DNA of 64,000 bases, from assembly GCA_013265495.1 (NCBI GenBank), contig MU058103.1:248001-312000 (forward strand), in the 5' to 3' direction. This document shows positions 59,681 to 64,000 of this stretch, one piece after another. The notes under the pieces are model-generated. The model did no database searches, had not been told where the DNA came from, and was given only the letters and a program-made list of their open reading frames with translations. The translations under genes and the position numbers were made by a program. This DNA is from Vicugna vicugna (lineage: Eukaryota). How positions within the stretch are numbered: position 1 is the first letter of the stretch; each line of letters opens with the position of its first letter.

Positions 59681-60739
59681 TAAATCTAGATCTATCAGTT
59701 TCTAAAGCTGTTTTTCTTGACCGTAGTGTCAAGTGGAATGTTCTTCCTAGACTAAGAAGAAAGTAAGTGCATCTCTGAACCATAATTTATGTCTGTATAG
59801 TCCTAATTTAGTAACTGTCTGGACTCAGAGTCCCAACTTTACTATATTATTAACTTCCAGAGTCCCCCAACCCTGGTACTAATCTCTCCCAAATACTAAT
59901 TTTCCCATGCCTAGAGAGTATTAAATGTCAAACTTAAGAAATGCTAGGTTATGCTCCTGGCCAGTATATCTCCTTTTATTCAACTTTTTTGATTTAATAA
60001 CTGGGTTCCCTACTAGACCAAGGCAAATGTATTGCATTATATTGCAAATATATTGTCAGGAAAGTCAAAAGAAACTATAGTTAAGATATTTAATATTGCT
60101 GCTGTGAGACCTTATTTGTGTACTGGCACGCAGTAGGGAGTTGACCAGTGAACTACTAAATGCTCTCTGGAAACTTGTAGATATCCCTAGAGATTACTCA
60201 GGGACCGACTTGTGTGTGCATGGGAGAGGGGATGTGTTGCCCCATCCCACAGTAGGTTCATCTTCAAGAGCCTCATATATTGGACTTGTAGATAAGCTTT
60301 ATTGTGGAAGAGAAAAAAGGGTTTTAATATTTAAAGATATTAACAAACTGTAACATAACTGAAAAATCAGAACATTTAGATACATGCACTGCTATTGTGT
60401 GATCTCAGGGAAGTTACTTGTTTTCATTGAATATCAGTTACCTTGTGTATAAAATCAGAAAACTTAACAGTAGCTGCATCTCTATGATGTTATGAGGATA
60501 ACATTCAATCAGTCAAGATATATATCTATATACCTATATATAGATACACACACACACACACATATTGGTGTCAAGCACTGTGCTAAGTGCTGGATGAAAT
60601 CCTCCATGCATTGGTTTGGCATATATTTATGGCTCAGTAAATAGCAGTTATTATGATTATTGTTCATGTCATTTGTTCATTAATTTACAGGATCAAATTA
60701 GAAAAGCTTGTCTTCCTCACCTTTTATTGTCTTCATGTC

Positions 60740-61390
60740 TCATTCATTCAGTTTACACATTATTTATTCATTTCTGCATGCATTTATCTCATGCATATAT
60801 GTTTAGAACCTACTATTTGCCAGGCAGTGTACTGACTCCTGGAAATTGAAGCATGACGAAGATAATCATGCCCACCCTCACAGAGTGTGCAGCTTTGTGT
60901 GAGTGAACTGACCATGTGAATATTCTGTTATAACTGAATAGGATAAACAGAAGGTACTGGGGGCACAGAGGAGGGGACGCTTAATACCAGAAATGCTTCC
61001 TGGAGGACTGAGGTCTAAAGATGAACGGGGTGAGGGACATGAATTTCAGATGGAAGAGCACAGGCAAAGGCTTAGAGATGAATGGTAGAGGGGTATCTGA
61101 AGATGAGGTGCTGAGGAGGATAAAGAGTTAGACCAGAGGGTTCATAAATCGTGCTCAGGAGTCTTGAGGGATTTGGGGAACGAGTAAAGATTCTGAAAGC
61201 AGAGATGTGACATGGAAAGTCTGCAGTTTACAAAGATTACTGGCTGTGGTGTAGAGAAAGGATTTGAAGTAAGAAAGAATGGCTCTAGGAGGCATTTTTG
61301 TAAATCCAGTTAAGACCTTAGGAACCTGGCATATAACAGAGAAAAGAGAAAGGATTCAAAATATACTAAGGCTATTGAAGATGGAAGAAA
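60740..61390 (-). mobile_element. L2
   Basis: cattcattcag...acctactatttgccaggcagtgtact...cccaccctcacagagt...gcttcctggagga...gcagagatgtgacatg...aaagattactggctg. Confidence 0.75.
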
Positions 61391-61400
61391 TATTAGGATG

Positions 61401-61461
61401 AGGAAATTTAGAGTTTATTTACAAGAATAGGAAATTAAAGTTTATTTACAAGAATAGGAAA
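61401..61461 (+). repeat. 27-28 bp tandem duplication (2.2 copies)
   Basis: aggaaatttagagtttatttacaagaat / aggaaattaaagtttatttacaagaat / aggaaa. Confidence 0.85.
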
Positions 61462-61489
61462 AAAAGAGATAATATCAAGAAAATACTTA

Positions 61490-61925
61490 ATCCTGTCATC
61501 CCCTGGCTCAAAAATTGTAATGGTAATTGTTTTTTTAAAAAAATCTTAGTACTTATCCATTTATCCTTCCTCAAACTTCACATTCAGCCTTGTGTTCCAC
61601 ATCACATCCCTATACCACTTTCTCAAAAGTTCCTACTTTCAATATGAATTTTTCTGTCTCTATTCCATGAGTTAGCTTATCTGCTGTTATCTCTAAACTC
61701 CCTTCCACGTATCAAAATTCCTCCCACTCTTCGAGAAACATATCTCAAATGTTATTATTCGGGTGAATTATTTTTTGAATCTTCCAATTATTCTCATAGC
61801 AAGGTACGTGTCTTTCCTAGCAGAGGACCATAATTTATTCATTTCTGTACCCTTCCTAGAATCTTATACAAATCTTCATCTGAACAGATTTGGTGTTCAG
61901 GAAATGTTTGAAAATTGAGGTGAAT
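61490..61925 (+). mobile_element. L2 fragments
   Basis: tcctgtcatcccctggctcaaaa...tctcaaatgtta...ttattcatttctgtaccc...tgttcaggaaatgtttg. Confidence 0.55.
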
Positions 61926-63834
61926 AATTCATAGGGGACCTTATTTTTTGCTGAGAACTGACAAAAACAAGAGCATAGATAACCCCAAAGGAAAGATAGA
62001 ACCGTCAATCCAAAGAAACATTCTGAAGGAGCAAGAGAAGGAATGATTTAGATTTAAATATTAAAAATACATGTGAACATTAAAAACTAACCCTGAAATG
62101 CTAAAAATGAATTCTGTTAATTTCATGGGTGGTTACTAATTGCCCAGGCAGTGCCATATTATGGGTATTAACATTAAGCCTGCTTTAACATTTTTACTTT
62201 CTATCAAAGAATATTTGTAGAAAGACCTTTCTTATACCATATCACCTCTGAAACTTCCAGTTGTGCAGTTTATTATTACATATATAGGCTTGATACCATT
62301 AAACATTGCTTTGAAAAAATGAAATACTTTGGTGTGAAAAAGGCAGTATTAAAAATTGGATTTATGATAAGGCTTTTTTTTCCCCTTTCAGATACAAAAC
62401 TGAAAATAAATGCTATATGTCTTTGACTTTCTCTTGAGTATTTCCTAGGTATAAATTTGAGTAATTCTAACCTGTATATAGGATCATAGCAATATCACAT
62501 TGTGACTTTTTTTCCCCCAATAAATTACTTCTCCATTCTTGAGAAGCAGCTCTCTCCTGCTGATAACTTAGAGAAAACATTAGGTTTATGCATATGACGA
62601 AATTTGATTGCAACATTTAGAAATTCTATAGTTAACTAAAGTTAATTTAATATACAGTGGTATTGCTTAATGTATAGTAAGAAAACATGTATATCCTTTG
62701 TATTCAATGTAAGATTGATTCTATTTCACTCATGATGTAAGTGATAAACTACTAATTTAACATTACCCTCAAGTTCACTTATAGTTAAGTGCAGTGTGTA
62801 AAATTAAACACAGACCTTACCTTCTGTATTCAGAATAATGGACTTATACTCGGCAAAACCTATGCAAGTTGACCTTATAGCCATTGATTGTAGGTCCTTG
62901 ACTCACCTTATTCTTACATGCCAAAAGCTATATAGCAGAAATGTCATTGCAAATCTCAAAGTACTATAAAATAAACGTTTAACTGCTGCTGATTTTGAAT
63001 CAAGGGTATTGCCTACATTTTAAATTATTCTAAGTGTATCTGGGAGTTGTTAAAGTTTGGATGTACTGAGATTCATGTCAGGGGTCATATCTTATTTATC
63101 TGTATTTACTTATTAAAGAGACAGTACTTAAGGCACAGGAACTGCAGCCCAAACTCGACAGGGAAGGAAGTCCTTCCTCTCAAGGTGCTTACTCTCTGAC
63201 ACTCTCCTTGGAAGAAAATGTTCAATGAGGAAAAAACAAAAACAAAAAAACCCAAACACACAGGGACAAGATGCCAGCTAGATAGTGGTGAGCATACCAA
63301 AAGATTAAAATGGTGTCTATCATACAGTTACTGAACATTTGGAGATGGGGATGGAGAGAGAGAGAAGTTCATGGATGGTCAGAAAGGTCGTTCCAAAGAA
63401 ACAACATTTTAGCCGGCACCTGAGTGATAAACAGGAGTCACCCACATCAGGACCCAGGGAGAGAAACTTCTAGCCAAGGAAACACTAAAAAAGATCCTAA
63501 CTCACATGGCATCTTAGAGAAACTGAAAGAAGACTATATGGCTGGAGTTACTGTTTGTGGTATCTATATTCCTAGAATAATTGTGTGAGTTGAGAAGTCT
63601 AGAAGTTAACTAAATGTGTTTTTTACCCCTTTTTAACTTGTTGACGTGATATAATATACAGTACAAATTAATTTATGGGCATATGTACAATCAAAAATGA
63701 CTTGTAGTTGTTGAGAATGCATATGTAGCTGAACACAAGTGTAACTGGTAAGTTAAATCAATCATAACTTATATCTGTAAAATGTTTAATATACAATTAC
63801 GCTGTGATCACATAAAGGTCACCTGGTTGCTAAA

Positions 63835-63960
63835 AGACAATTATCTTCATTTTATAGATGAGGAAACTATAGCCTAAAGTTGAATCATTTGGCTTAAACC
63901 AATCAGCCTGTCTTTGTGGAAGACTGTAGACTTTTAAATCTGTTCTAATCCAGTTATGCC
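63835..63960 (-). mobile_element. MIR SINE
   Basis: ttatcttcattttatagatgaggaaact. Confidence 0.6.
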
Positions 63961-64000
63961 TCATACAAATTACGTGGCTTTGAACTGTGTATTTTACCTC

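Noticed and set aside
152..63300. Remaining 60-130 aa ORFs in the supplied track
   Set aside because: They overlap repeats or match chance expectation; many start at non-ATG codons and none resembles a protein family I recognise

Overview
AT-rich mammalian genomic DNA, most likely from a camelid (alpaca, llama or camel). The species call rests on a tRNA-derived SINE at ~41.9 kb that matches my recollection of the camelid Vic-1 family. I found no recognisable host protein-coding exon, rRNA, true tRNA or CRISPR array. The window looks intronic or intergenic and is dominated by transposon fossils: MIR, L2, one CR1/L3, MLT1/ERV1/ERVL solo LTRs, Tigger/Charlie/MER5 DNA transposons and several L1 generations. 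There is a 440-nt assembly gap. The only long ORF (52498-54714, 738 aa) belongs to a very young 5'-truncated L1 with perfect 13-bp target-site duplications (TSDs). Its 706 uninterrupted ORF2 codons (RT palm through the CCHC motif) are fused in frame to 32 codons of flanking host DNA that start at an ATG in strong Kozak context. Other notable items: a near-perfect 308-bp tandem duplication, a 47-bp micro-L1 with TSDs, a strand bias among LTRs suggesting a + strand host transcript, and a few candidate enhancer motif clusters. I see no evidence for a genuinely new biological system. Repeat family names come from recall of consensus sequences, not from a database search. Boundaries without TSD support are approximate.
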